A stretch of 64,000 bases of DNA. It comes from Candidatus Doudnabacteria bacterium (GTDB lineage Bacteria; Patescibacteriota; Doudnabacteria; UBA920). The stretch spans positions 13,079 to 77,078 of the forward strand of contig JAEUSF010000005.1 in assembly GCA_016788665.1 (NCBI GenBank), read 5' to 3'. How positions within the stretch are numbered: the stretch's first letter is position 1; each line of letters begins with the position of its first letter. The position numbers and the translations under genes were made by a program. Below the pieces are notes generated by a model, which was not told the origin of the DNA, searched no databases, and saw only the letters and a list, made by a program, of their open reading frames with translations. Below, in pieces: positions 49,165 to 58,973 of the stretch.

Positions 49165-49974
49165 TTATCTTCCTGTGTGCTGCCTAAATAAACGAGTAGC
49201 CACTGGTATAGCCAAAGCTGTTATAAGTAAACACCACCCAACAGCAAAAAAAGCGTGATTCCCGACCGGCAAGCCATTCATAAGAGCCCGAATAGATTCT
49301 ATGACATGAGTAACCGGCTGATTTTCCGCAAACACTCTTAAAGCCCAAGGCATAGTACTAGTAGGAGCAAATGCCGCGCTGGCAAAAGTCAAAGGAAAAA
49401 CCAAAAAGAAACCCATCCATTGAACCGCTTCAATACTTTTTGCAAGCAGCCCCATTATGGCCGCTACCCAAGAAATAGCGAACGTAAAAATTAACACAAT
49501 ACCTAAGATAGCAACCCAGTCTAACAAAGAAGCCAATGGCCTAAAACCAACCAGCAACCCGACAAGAATTAAAATTATTGCCTGTATAATATTACGTACC
49601 AAGTCGGCAGTCACATGACCCATCATAACTCCCCAAGCCGCAATAGGCAAAGATTTTAACCTATCTATTAAACCTTTTTGTAAATCGGTGGCTACGCTCA
49701 AAGAAGTCGTCAATGAACCAAAAGCCACGCTTTGAACCAATATACCGGCTACCAAAAAGTTAACGTAAGAGGTGCCTCCCGTACTTATGGCCCCGCCAAA
49801 AACATATCTAAAAAGCAACATGAACATTACGGGTTGTATTGTAAGCCCCAAAAGCTGATCGGGGTTTTTAAAAATATGCTTCAAACTTCTCTGTATTAAA
49901 ACCCACGAATCACTGAACAGCCAATAAACCTGCGAATGTTTTTTCGGCTGAATTGTACCTACTATATATGTCAT
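49165..49974 (-). CDS. ABC-2 type transporter permease
   Basis: 269 aa, 6 TM. It is adjacent to its ATPase. Confidence 0.8.
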   Translation of the reverse strand: MTYIVGTIQPKKHSQVYWLFSDSWVLIQRSLKHIFKNPDQLLGLTIQPVMFMLLFRYVFGGAISTGGTSYVNFLVAGILVQSVAFGSLTTSLSVATDLQKGLIDRLKSLPIAAWGVMMGHVTADLVRNIIQAIILILVGLLVGFRPLASLLDWVAILGIVLIFTFAISWVAAIMGLLAKSIEAVQWMGFFLVFPLTFASAAFAPTSTMPWALRVFAENQPVTHVIESIRALMNGLPVGNHAFFAVGWCLLITALAIPVATRLFRQHTGR

Positions 49975-49985
49975 ACTAATTTAAT

Positions 49986-50948
49986 TTAAGAATCTATATG
50001 TTCTCTTTCCTGCTCCGTCTTGTGGCCAGTTAAACGCAAAAATACGTCGTCCAAAGTTGGCTTGTGTAAATTCAAGCCTTCGACCTCAATACCAGCTTGC
50101 TCCATTTTATCCAACAGACGCCTTATTTCACCCACACTTCCCTCGGTAGATATACTTATACTGCGCCTGCTTTCATCTACCTCTACCGCTTCAATATTTA
50201 AAATTTCTACAGCTTTCTTAAAACTACTTTTTTCATGCACCACAATTTCCAACCTCTCTTTACCAACTTTTGCCTTAAGCTCGTTAGCCGTACCTTGTGC
50301 TATAATTTTCCCGCTATCTAGAACCGCAATTTCGTCAGCCAACTGATCTGCCTCCTCTAAATATTGAGTAGTAAGCAAAATTGTAACTTTCGCCTCAACC
50401 AGTTTTTCAATTACATCCCACATTGCCAACCTGCTCCTCGGGTCTAAACCGGTTGTCGGTTCGTCCAAAAATAAAACCGGCGGAGTTGCCACCAAGCTAG
50501 CTGCCAAATCTAAACGACGCCTCATACCGCCCGAATAAGTCTTTACGCTTCGACTAGCCGCCTCGGTCAAAGAAAATTGCTCTAAAAGTTCATGCGCCCT
50601 TTGTTTACTTTCCTTAGCACCCAGGTGATACAGCCTCCCCATCATTTCCAAATTCTCCCTACCGCTTAAAAATTCATCTACAGCTGCATATTGACCTGTT
50701 AGACCAATATTCTCACGGACTTTTTTCGAATACCTAGAAACTTCAAACCCGTTAACAAACGCTTCTCCCCCATCTGCCTTAAGCAAAGTACTAAGTATAC
50801 GAATCGTTGTTGTCTTACCGGCTCCGTTCGGACCCAAAAGAGCCAATATTGTACCTTTCTTTACTTTTAAGTTAACCCCGTCAAGAACCTTGTTGCCCTG
50901 AAAAGATTTGCTTATATTACATAATTGTATTGCGAATGTTTCGGTCAT
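49986..50948 (-). CDS. ABC transporter ATP-binding protein (DrrA-like)
   Basis: Walker A GPNGAGKTT, signature LSGGMRRRL, Walker B LFLDEPT. Confidence 0.9.
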   Translation of the reverse strand: MTETFAIQLCNISKSFQGNKVLDGVNLKVKKGTILALLGPNGAGKTTTIRILSTLLKADGGEAFVNGFEVSRYSKKVRENIGLTGQYAAVDEFLSGRENLEMMGRLYHLGAKESKQRAHELLEQFSLTEAASRSVKTYSGGMRRRLDLAASLVATPPVLFLDEPTTGLDPRSRLAMWDVIEKLVEAKVTILLTTQYLEEADQLADEIAVLDSGKIIAQGTANELKAKVGKERLEIVVHEKSSFKKAVEILNIEAVEVDESRRSISISTEGSVGEIRRLLDKMEQAGIEVEGLNLHKPTLDDVFLRLTGHKTEQEREHIDS

Positions 50949-51060
50949 ATATTGCCTATAATTAAGATATCTTAAGGATTATAACACACCACGGCATTCT
51001 CCAATAAAAAATTAATTTTAAGTTAATTTAGACAAGGTATTCTTAATATATAATTTATTT

Positions 51061-51675
51061 ATGCAGCTTAAGCCCATTGACGAAGAAAGACTAAAGAAAT
51101 ACTATAACCAAGCCTTGAGCAAAAACGGACCCGCCAGCGTCCGCTCTTTGCACTGGGTGCAAAAAGAACACCAAATAATTCGTTTTGAAATCTTAAGCAA
51201 GATCGGTAATCTAAACAACTGTACAGTACTCGACGCCGGCTGCGGTTTGGGTGACTTATTTTTTTTCCTGACTAAACAATACAAACAAGTTAACTATACG
51301 GGGATAGACATACTTCCAGAAATGATAGAAGCAGCCAAAAATAAATACCCTGCTGCAGAATTTATGAATTTGGGCATACACAACTTAAAAAATAAATACG
51401 ATTACATACTTGCATCAGGAGCGCTAAGTTTTGCCTTAACAGAAGGCAAAAGCCACTATTACAACTTAATTCAAACCATGTTTAAAATGTCCAACAAAGG
51501 GGTTGCATTCAATGTTTTAAACGCGGACTATGTAAAATGTAATGAAACATTTTTTTCCTATAGTAAAAAAGAAATAAGTTCAGTCTGCGAAAAGCTCACT
51601 CCCCATTTCAGAATTGTATCAGGCTACGAACTAGCGGATTTTTCTGTGTATATGTATAAAAACAACCCCAAATAA
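51061..51675 (+). CDS. class I SAM-dependent methyltransferase
   Basis: Motif I VLDAGCGLGDL. Confidence 0.7.
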   Translation: MQLKPIDEERLKKYYNQALSKNGPASVRSLHWVQKEHQIIRFEILSKIGNLNNCTVLDAGCGLGDLFFFLTKQYKQVNYTGIDILPEMIEAAKNKYPAAEFMNLGIHNLKNKYDYILASGALSFALTEGKSHYYNLIQTMFKMSNKGVAFNVLNADYVKCNETFFSYSKKEISSVCEKLTPHFRIVSGYELADFSVYMYKNNPK

Positions 51676-51704
51676 AATGACCCGGCTCTAATTTAAACTT
51701 TTAT

Positions 51705-52373
51705 TTGCAACAAAAAATTATGCCTGATAACCCTGAGCCCAGCAATAACAAAAAACTATATACGAAGATTGGAATATTTGCCTTAAGCAGCATAATTCTC
51801 TTTACAGTGATCTACTTCTTTTTGATTAGAGATACGACTCCAACAAAAAACGACAACATGAGCGCCACGGACATTCAAAATTTATTTAGCCCACCAACCC
51901 CCTTTCTGCCTCAGACTTCTACCCAAACACCACCTTCCCCATTTACCCCCACCCACTCCACTGGCCCAGAAAAGTTGGACGCCAGGGGTTTAACTCCACA
52001 AAACCTTAATAGTCCCACCCCTTCAAACCAAACCTACATAAACCAGGTGTTAGGTTTTAAAATAAATTTACACGGGCAGTGGGAGCAGTCTGTTGGCTCC
52101 GACAACTCCATATTTTTAAATGATGAACAAAATCGTATAATAAATATACAGTCTTACCCTGCCCCACCCGAAGGAATCGGGCTAATTAAGCACCAGCTTG
52201 AAAACAGCCCATCGATACAAAAAACAAACGAAACAAGCTTTAGCGAACTCCCGGCAATCAGCTTCTTAACTCAAGCCCAAAATCAAGGAATTGCATTCAT
52301 AAAAAATAACACGCTCTTCTATATATTTGGAGTCAATTATTTGGAAATTAATAGCTTTTCATTTCTCCAATAA
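51705..52373 (+). CDS. hypothetical membrane-anchored Pro/Thr-rich protein
   Basis: N-terminal TM, then a PTPFLPQTSTQTPPSPFTPTHS linker. Terminator at 52395-52430. Confidence 0.45.
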   Translation: MQQKIMPDNPEPSNNKKLYTKIGIFALSSIILFTVIYFFLIRDTTPTKNDNMSATDIQNLFSPPTPFLPQTSTQTPPSPFTPTHSTGPEKLDARGLTPQNLNSPTPSNQTYINQVLGFKINLHGQWEQSVGSDNSIFLNDEQNRIINIQSYPAPPEGIGLIKHQLENSPSIQKTNETSFSELPAISFLTQAQNQGIAFIKNNTLFYIFGVNYLEINSFSFLQ

Positions 52374-52441
52374 ATAACTGCCTCTGGTAAAAATTTTAAA
52401 GTCCTGTTCTTTTGCAAGAACAGGACTTTAAAAAAAATAAT

Positions 52442-52552
52442 TTAATTTCCACTTTTCTCTCCTGTCCCCGACCCACCCATATTTCCCCCTCCGGAGGAGT
52501 TACGCTTATTGTCAGACCCGCCTTCTACTGCATCCATATTTTGAATATTCAT
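52442..52552 (-). CDS. candidate 36-aa Gly/Ser-rich peptide
   Basis: RBS GGAAGGGGGTGA precedes the ATG. MNIQNMDAVEGGSDNKRNSSGGGNMGGSGTGEKSGN. It is below the ORF-track size cutoff. Confidence 0.3.
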   Translation of the reverse strand: MNIQNMDAVEGGSDNKRNSSGGGNMGGSGTGEKSGN

Positions 52553-52587
52553 AATTTTCACCCCCTTCCAACTTTAATTAATTTGTA

Positions 52588-52788
52588 TTAATTCGCCATC
52601 GGAGAAACTTCCACCGCCTCATACTGCGTACGATCCAAAGTCAAATTACGCACCTGTTTTGAACTCGACTTCTTACCTCTCTTTCCTGAACGCGCCTCCA
52701 ATACAACCAGACTAGAACGGCTGTGGAGCAACCGGTCAAAATGCGATTTATTACTTAACAGGTCACTTAAAGAAAAATGGTTAGACAT
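52588..52788 (-). CDS. small basic hypothetical protein
   Basis: 66-aa ORF with RBS GAAAGGA. Confidence 0.35.
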   Translation of the reverse strand: MSNHFSLSDLLSNKSHFDRLLHSRSSLVVLEARSGKRGKKSSSKQVRNLTLDRTQYEAVEVSPMAN

Positions 52789-53262
52789 TTTTAAATCCTT
52801 TCTTTAAAATTCCAAACTTATTTTGAATGGAATGGGTTTTAGTTAATTTTTATAAACACATAACACCCTACTGAGGAACTTTATCAATTGTAAGTGAATG
52901 CTAAATTAATTCCGCATCTAAATTTAAAGGGCGTCCCCATCCTAGGCGGGGACGCCCTTTAAATTCCTGGCTTCAAAAATTTTTCCTCTTTCATTCAGCA
53001 GAAATTTTAAATGAAAAGTCCATCTCATATAAATATTTGCTTATTAATTTTATTCTACTAAACATATATCCATATTTTCTTCGCCACTCGTGCTTATTTA
53101 CTCCTTTATGTCTTAAACGAGACTACCTCAGACTTACTCAAATCTTTATAATAAAATTATATTTTAATTAGTCGTACTTAACGTACTTATTTAATATCAG
53201 GTTGGAGTTAAAATAAAATTAAAAAAACGGGACTAGGGGGCCCCGTTTTTTTAAAACCACTA

Positions 53263-53481
53263 CTATATATACTTTTTTATCGACCGTTCTATTTTTTTTA
53301 TTTCCTGGTCAATACTTTTTAACCTCTGCTTTTGCACCAAGCTTATTTTGGTATTTTGCAAAATTAACTGACAATTACCTTTTAAAACTGTTAAGCTATT
53401 CCCCAACTCATGAAGAAAACTAAAAAATTTTTCTTGCTGGGATTCATTACTACTGATTGATTTGAATTTTTTCTTTTGCAT
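53263..53481 (-). CDS. DHp (HisKA)-only histidine kinase remnant or phosphotransfer mini-protein
   Basis: H-box-like FFSFLHELGNSLTVLKG. It overlaps the response regulator stop by 32 nt. There is no ATPase domain, and a terminator follows immediately. Confidence 0.45.
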   Translation of the reverse strand: MQKKKFKSISSNESQQEKFFSFLHELGNSLTVLKGNCQLILQNTKISLVQKQRLKSIDQEIKKIERSIKKYI

Positions 53482-54166
53482 TAATTTTTTGAAAAGCCAA
53501 AGGATCCTTTATTTTATAACCAGTACCATGTACGGTTACAATCATTGGGTCTGTCAGGCCGCTATTAATTTTTGACCTTAACCTACTCATATATACATCT
53601 ATAATATTGCTTTTCACATAATTAAACCCCCACACATGCTCATTTATCATTATACGACTACAAACCACTCCTGGATGCCTCATTAAATACTCTAAAATTC
53701 TATACTCTTTGCTAGTAAGTTTTATTGACTGTTCTCCACGATATACTTCGTGGGTAGCAGTATCTAAAACCAAATTACCCACAGCCAACTTTTGGCTTTT
53801 CAGTTCCGCACCTCTACGAGTCAAAGCTCTAATTCGGGCTAAAAATTCGTTTAAGTCAAACGGCTTTACCAAATAATCGTCCGCACCTTCGTTCAAAGCC
53901 TGAACTTTATCGTCCGTCATCCGACGGGCAGTTAACATTAAAATAGGCATTTTAAGCCCTAAAGATCTTAGTTCCCTGCATACCTCGAACCCATTTTTAC
54001 CTGGCAGCATAATGTCCAAGACCATAAGGTCATAATCATTAACACTTGCCTTTTTTAAAGCATCATCCCCAGTTCGCGCAACCTCCACGGTATAATGCTC
54101 TTTTTCTAACGCCTGTTCAACAAACTCTGCAATTTTTTGGTCGTCCTCGGCCAATAAAATAACCAT
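53450..54166 (-). CDS. OmpR-family response regulator
   Basis: Receiver (LLAEDD...MVLDIMLPGKNGFEV) plus a winged-helix C-terminus. Confidence 0.9.
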   Translation of the reverse strand: MVILLAEDDQKIAEFVEQALEKEHYTVEVARTGDDALKKASVNDYDLMVLDIMLPGKNGFEVCRELRSLGLKMPILMLTARRMTDDKVQALNEGADDYLVKPFDLNEFLARIRALTRRGAELKSQKLAVGNLVLDTATHEVYRGEQSIKLTSKEYRILEYLMRHPGVVCSRIMINEHVWGFNYVKSNIIDVYMSRLRSKINSGLTDPMIVTVHGTGYKIKDPLAFQKINAKEKIQINQ

Positions 54167-54523
54167 ATTTTTAGTTTTCTTTGGCTGTAGAAAACAGCCT
54201 TTAATTAAAGTATTTTATTGCCTAAATTCTATATCAATAATATTAAAGATTCATTAATATATTTTAGCTTTATATAAGCTAATTTATTAGAATGACATTA
54301 TAATCATCTTAATATTTACTTCAGACTACTAACTTATAATACCTGACACAGAAGTTCTTGGCTAAAAAATTAACGGCACTAACAATGATAAACATACATA
54401 ATTCCTCCAATTTACATACCTATTCGGGACTCAAAATCCTGAAAAGTAAGAGCATTCTTAGTAATACGAATGGCAAATTATTTAGGATGCTATTGTTTAT
54501 AGAATAAACATAAGGAGAAAACT

Positions 54524-54799
54524 ATGGACTTTATTTTACTCATGCTTTTAGGAGGGTTGGCTGGCTGGATAGCTTCGCTGATTCTAAAAACCAATTCAGG
54601 ACAAGGGATATTTATGGACATTATTCTCGGTATAATCGGAGCTATTGTTGGCGGACTTATCATGAACCTATTCGATCAACCTGGTTTAACAGGCTTTAAC
54701 CTTTATAGCTTATTTGTTGCTATTTTAGGAGCTCTAATTTTAATATGGATTGGCCGTGCCATTACAAGTAGCGGAGGAAGCTTGAATCTGCCCAAATAA
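54524..54799 (+). CDS. GlsB/YeaQ/YmgE family protein
   Basis: MDFILLMLLGGLAGWIASLIL... Confidence 0.8.
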   Translation: MDFILLMLLGGLAGWIASLILKTNSGQGIFMDIILGIIGAIVGGLIMNLFDQPGLTGFNLYSLFVAILGALILIWIGRAITSSGGSLNLPK

Positions 54800-54869
54800 G
54801 ATTTTAATGAATCCCTATTATTTAACTCTACTATTAGGTATAATTACAGACACTACTTAAGGAGGGCTC

Positions 54870-55013
54870 ATGAATCTTATGAGCCTATTTGGAGGGGCTT
54901 CCGAAGGAAGCTACCTGTCTCTCTGCACCCGTCCTGCTAGCTGTAACGGAAAAGGGAAATGGTGCTACAAAACATTTTGGCCAACTCTCCTGAGATGGAT
55001 GTGTCTTACATAG
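54870..55013 (+). CDS. candidate 47-aa Cys/Trp-rich peptide
   Basis: RBS TAAGGAGGG 4 nt before the ATG. MNLMSLFGGASEGSYLSLCTRPASCNGKGKWCYKTFWPTLLRWMCLT. It overlaps the 5' end of the next ORF in another frame. Confidence 0.3.
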   Translation: MNLMSLFGGASEGSYLSLCTRPASCNGKGKWCYKTFWPTLLRWMCLT

Positions 55014-55762
55014 ACCCCAGACTCCGGGAACACTGGAATAGAAAGCTGAAACGGGCAAACGCCCTAGCGCCAATGAGCAGCCTCAAAAAAGGAGAGGTAA
55101 CGACTGAAAGTTACCAAATCGAAAGCGAGAAGTTAGGAAGACTGGGCGCTGCTCAGGTCGAGAACGAGATCGACCTTCTGGATAAAAGCGTATCCACGTT
55201 GGGCAAGCAAATTATAACGTTAGGCATTGGGCTTATGCGAGACTGGGGCTTTGTAAAAAAAGCAAACCAGTTAGGCATGAGCATACTGGCCCTCGACGTA
55301 TCAGACTATGCTTGCGAAATGGCGGACCGTTTTTTTGCTTCACAGGTTCTTCCACCAGGAGTGGAGAACCGCGTTATGCAAATGGATGTTAACCAGAGAT
55401 TAGGGTCACACTGCGGCATCGAATTCCTGGAACCCAAAAAAACCTTTATAATATATGCGGCACAATTCCTGCAGGTGCTGCAGGGGAAGCATAGAGGCGA
55501 AGACAGAGCCAAAAGGCTGCTGTTTGGCCTCTCCAAATTTTTGGAATTCGAACACAGACGGGTGGTGATGGTCCACCTGCTACCCGAAGACAATTCTCAC
55601 AGAAAAGCCTCGAGGCTCGGGGAAAGCATTATGTACCCCTTGGAGTATATACTCCCCCCCTTGAGTGGGTCGCTTCAGACCCGCCGAATAGAAGCCTTAA
55701 GAATGCAGAAAGGGATGTTTTACGACGACACATACTCCGCTTTCACGATCGTGAAGCGATAA
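54959..55762 (+). CDS. hypothetical protein, possible class I methyltransferase fold (GC-rich outlier)
   Basis: ITLGIGLMRDWGF and MSILALDVSDYACEMA resemble MTase motif I and post-I. GC is about 50%. Confidence 0.4.
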   Translation: MVLQNILANSPEMDVSYIDPRLREHWNRKLKRANALAPMSSLKKGEVTTESYQIESEKLGRLGAAQVENEIDLLDKSVSTLGKQIITLGIGLMRDWGFVKKANQLGMSILALDVSDYACEMADRFFASQVLPPGVENRVMQMDVNQRLGSHCGIEFLEPKKTFIIYAAQFLQVLQGKHRGEDRAKRLLFGLSKFLEFEHRRVVMVHLLPEDNSHRKASRLGESIMYPLEYILPPLSGSLQTRRIEALRMQKGMFYDDTYSAFTIVKR

Positions 55763-55799
55763 TAAAGTCAGACGAAAAAACATCCCATTTTTTTTAAAT

Positions 55800-57368
55800 A
55801 TGCTATCAGAACAAATTGCCCTACTAAATAACACCACACTGGAATCTTTAGCCGAAAAAGACAGGTTAATTATCGTAAAAAATTTTACAGAAATTGGTTT
55901 ACAGATACTAAAGGCAGATTTTGCCTTTGCCTGGTGGAAATCGGATAACACAAAAAAATACAGCTTGGCTTACAAAACCCCAAACACACCTTACGTACCA
56001 AACCCTCCCAGAAAACGTGGAGGCAACTATAGAGTACAAAAAAGTAAAAAACCACTTTATATTTCCGACACCTCGCAAGAAACTTATTCTAAAAAATACG
56101 ATATTAGTTCCTACATGAAAAGTTATTGCATTGTCCCTATTTTTTTTAAAAAACACAATTATGGAAATGTTATTTTTTGTTTTAGAAGAAAAATAAGTTT
56201 TTCTACAGAAAAAAAAACCCTCTGTGCATCTATCGGACATTCCTTAGCGCAAACCATAACTATACACAGGCTCTATTCCAACTTAAAAGATTTTAAGAAC
56301 CGACTAGACCATACGCTTGATGCGGTTTTTATTTTTGACCCCGTAACTTACAGAATTGAGTATTCTAACCTGGGAACCGTCAGACAACTAGGTTATTCGA
56401 GCAAAGAAATATGCAAGAAAACCATTATCGACCTTCAACCAAATGTTGACATTGCCAAATTCCGTAAACTCATCGCTCCTTTAATATGGAAAAAAAGAGA
56501 TTCTATAACTTTTGAGACAACACTAAAAACCAGCAAAGGTAAAAATATACCGGTAGAATTATTCATTCAACTAAGCAGTTCCTTAGACGGGCCCAGGAAA
56601 TTTTTAAGCATTGTACACAATCTTACCCAAAGAAAAAAAGTTGAAATGGAGTCACAAAAACTCCTGCGGCAAAAAGACCAATTTTTTAGCATAGCTAGTC
56701 ACGAGTTAAAAACTCCCGTTACCACCATAAAAGGTTTTTCCCAAATGCTCAGCGAAAAACTAAAAAATATAAAAGACGAGGAGTCACGCTATTTCTTGGG
56801 TAAAATAAACAATCAGGTGGAAAAAATTGACCACCTAATAAATGACCTGCTCGACGTGTCCAGAATAGAAACCGGCAAATTAAAATTTGATACCAAGGAA
56901 CTAAACTTAAACAGCTTAGTCCACAACCTGGTAGAAAATTTTCAATATATCGTTACTTCACACTCGATTTCATTTTCGAGCGAAGGTAATTTCTGGATCG
57001 AAGGCGACAATCAAAGAATTGAGCAAGTTATAACAAACCTCATAACCAATGCGGTCAAATATTCCCCTCCGGATTCAAAAATAATTATTAACCTTAAAGC
57101 TGTAAACAAACAAGCTTGCATTGAGGTAGAAGATTTTGGGTTCGGAATTTCCGAACACGACCAAGAAAAAGTTTTTCACCGCTTTTTCCAAAGCAAGCAC
57201 AAAAACCACAAAATTTACCCTGGCTTAGGGCTTGGACTTTATATTGCCAGGACAATTGTTAAACATCATGGAGGCGAATTAAGTTTTATAAGCAAAAAAA
57301 CTGGCGGAACTATTTTCTCTATAAACATTCCTTATACCAAATGCCAATTAGAAAACGCAGTAAGTTAA
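55800..57368 (+). CDS. cytoplasmic sensor histidine kinase (GAF/PAS-like, HisKA, HATPase_c)
   Basis: SHELKTPVTTIKGF, NLITNAVKYS, DFGFGI, GLGLGLYIARTIV. Confidence 0.9.
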   Translation: MLSEQIALLNNTTLESLAEKDRLIIVKNFTEIGLQILKADFAFAWWKSDNTKKYSLAYKTPNTPYVPNPPRKRGGNYRVQKSKKPLYISDTSQETYSKKYDISSYMKSYCIVPIFFKKHNYGNVIFCFRRKISFSTEKKTLCASIGHSLAQTITIHRLYSNLKDFKNRLDHTLDAVFIFDPVTYRIEYSNLGTVRQLGYSSKEICKKTIIDLQPNVDIAKFRKLIAPLIWKKRDSITFETTLKTSKGKNIPVELFIQLSSSLDGPRKFLSIVHNLTQRKKVEMESQKLLRQKDQFFSIASHELKTPVTTIKGFSQMLSEKLKNIKDEESRYFLGKINNQVEKIDHLINDLLDVSRIETGKLKFDTKELNLNSLVHNLVENFQYIVTSHSISFSSEGNFWIEGDNQRIEQVITNLITNAVKYSPPDSKIIINLKAVNKQACIEVEDFGFGISEHDQEKVFHRFFQSKHKNHKIYPGLGLGLYIARTIVKHHGGELSFISKKTGGTIFSINIPYTKCQLENAVS

Positions 57369-57718
57369 TACTCATTTCGGAAGATGACCCAGACATTAGC
57401 GAGCTTTTAGAAACCATACTGGAATCCAATGGTTATGAAACTCGGGTATGCATGGACGGACACGAAACCGAAAATCAAGCAAAAAAACTCTTGCCTGATT
57501 TGATAATTATGGACTTGTGGCTTCCAGGCATAGACGGCACAACATTAACTAAAAAATTAAAGGCTAAAAATTCAACAAAAAATATACCTATACTTATAGT
57601 TTCGGCACAAAACCACCTGGAAAAAATTGTAAAACAAACCCGAGCAGATGGATTTTTACCAAAACCTTTTGACCTACAAGCGCTGCTAAGCCTAGTAAAA
57701 AAACATTTAGCAAAATGA
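57341..57718 (+). CDS. single-domain response regulator receiver
   Basis: ISEDDPD...DLIIMDLWLPGIDG...K. It overlaps the histidine-kinase 3' end. Confidence 0.85.
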   Translation: MPIRKRSKLILISEDDPDISELLETILESNGYETRVCMDGHETENQAKKLLPDLIIMDLWLPGIDGTTLTKKLKAKNSTKNIPILIVSAQNHLEKIVKQTRADGFLPKPFDLQALLSLVKKHLAK

Positions 57719-57750
57719 AAACCCCAAGGTATTAAACCTCGGGGTTTTCT

Positions 57751-58227
57751 CTACTTCTCTATATTTATACTCGCCGCGCCTCCACCATCGCAAGTTAAAT
57801 TATATGCCCCCTCCTGACCTATGTACGCCAAAGCATAATCATAACCCTTTATAACATAAGTCTGACCAGCTACTTTTACAGCATGGGCAATAGAATCACG
57901 ATTATCTAGCATTAAAGCCGTATTGCGCTTCAAAGAAAGGCTTCCCGGGCTTCCATTACAGTTGGCAAACTGAATGCGGAAGGGATATTTTTTTATCGCC
58001 TCGCCATAATTCAGTTTTTTTGCTCCGCTTACCACCCCTTTTAAAACCTGACTTGTAACAGGCGGTGCAATTTCTGCATTTGCTTTTTCAACGCCGCCCG
58101 GCATTGCCTGTTCTGCTAAGGGCACTGGCAATTTTTCAGAAGGTTCCTTAGAACGCCACAGAAAACCCACCAACACTACCGCAACGGTAATTATAAACGC
58201 AATTACAATTTTTCCTACTTTCTCCAT
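57751..58227 (-). CDS. hypothetical membrane-anchored protein
   Basis: 158 aa with an N-terminal TM. Confidence 0.4.
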   Translation of the reverse strand: MEKVGKIVIAFIITVAVVLVGFLWRSKEPSEKLPVPLAEQAMPGGVEKANAEIAPPVTSQVLKGVVSGAKKLNYGEAIKKYPFRIQFANCNGSPGSLSLKRNTALMLDNRDSIAHAVKVAGQTYVIKGYDYALAYIGQEGAYNLTCDGGGAASINIEK

Positions 58228-58376
58228 AAATTTGAAATTCTATTTATTATGTTCCCATTATAGCTTACTTTGTTACCAAAACCCAAAAACTCCGTATAAC
58301 CTATGTAACTCTATATTCGTTTGAGGTCAAAAATAAATCTGATATGATAGATATAAAGCAAATACCTTAAAACTTT

Positions 58377-58955
58377 ATGAACTCAAACGAACAAGAAACC
58401 ATCCGCCTTTGCCAAAGCGGCCAGACAGAACACTTTACAGCGCTCTACGAAATTTACGTGGAAAAAATTTATAAATTTTTATACTTCAGAACCTTCCACA
58501 AAGCCACAGCCGAAGACCTGACCAGCGAAGTCTTTTATAAGGCCCTGGACAAAATTAACAGCTTCGACTCTAAGAAAGGTCAGTTCTCTACCTGGCTATA
58601 TCAAATTGCTAAAAATTCACTAACCGACCACTTTAGAAAGAACCGAGAGCACCTAGACATAGAAGCTGCCTGGGATATAAGTTCGACCGAAAGCATAAGC
58701 AATGACACAGAAAATAGAATCGCTCTCGAAACTGTTCAAAAATATTTATCTGGTCTAGACCCCAGACAAAGGCAGATTGTAATTATGCGCGTTTGGGACG
58801 GACTATCTTACAAAGAAATATCTGAGCTACTAAAAATTAGCGAAGCAAACGCAAAAATGATTTTCTCCAGGACTTTAAACAAACTCCAGGCGGACATAGG
58901 CATAAGTATTATAACTATAATTTTAGTCCTTATTAATTATAACCAACAGCTTTAG
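58377..58955 (+). CDS. ECF RNA polymerase sigma-70 factor
   Basis: Region 2 (FTALYEIYVEKIYKFLYF, STWLYQIAKN) and region 4 (LSYKEISELLKISEANAKMIFSRTLNKL). Confidence 0.85.
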   Translation: MNSNEQETIRLCQSGQTEHFTALYEIYVEKIYKFLYFRTFHKATAEDLTSEVFYKALDKINSFDSKKGQFSTWLYQIAKNSLTDHFRKNREHLDIEAAWDISSTESISNDTENRIALETVQKYLSGLDPRQRQIVIMRVWDGLSYKEISELLKISEANAKMIFSRTLNKLQADIGISIITIILVLINYNQQL

Positions 58956-58973
58956 TTATTATAAATAAAATTT

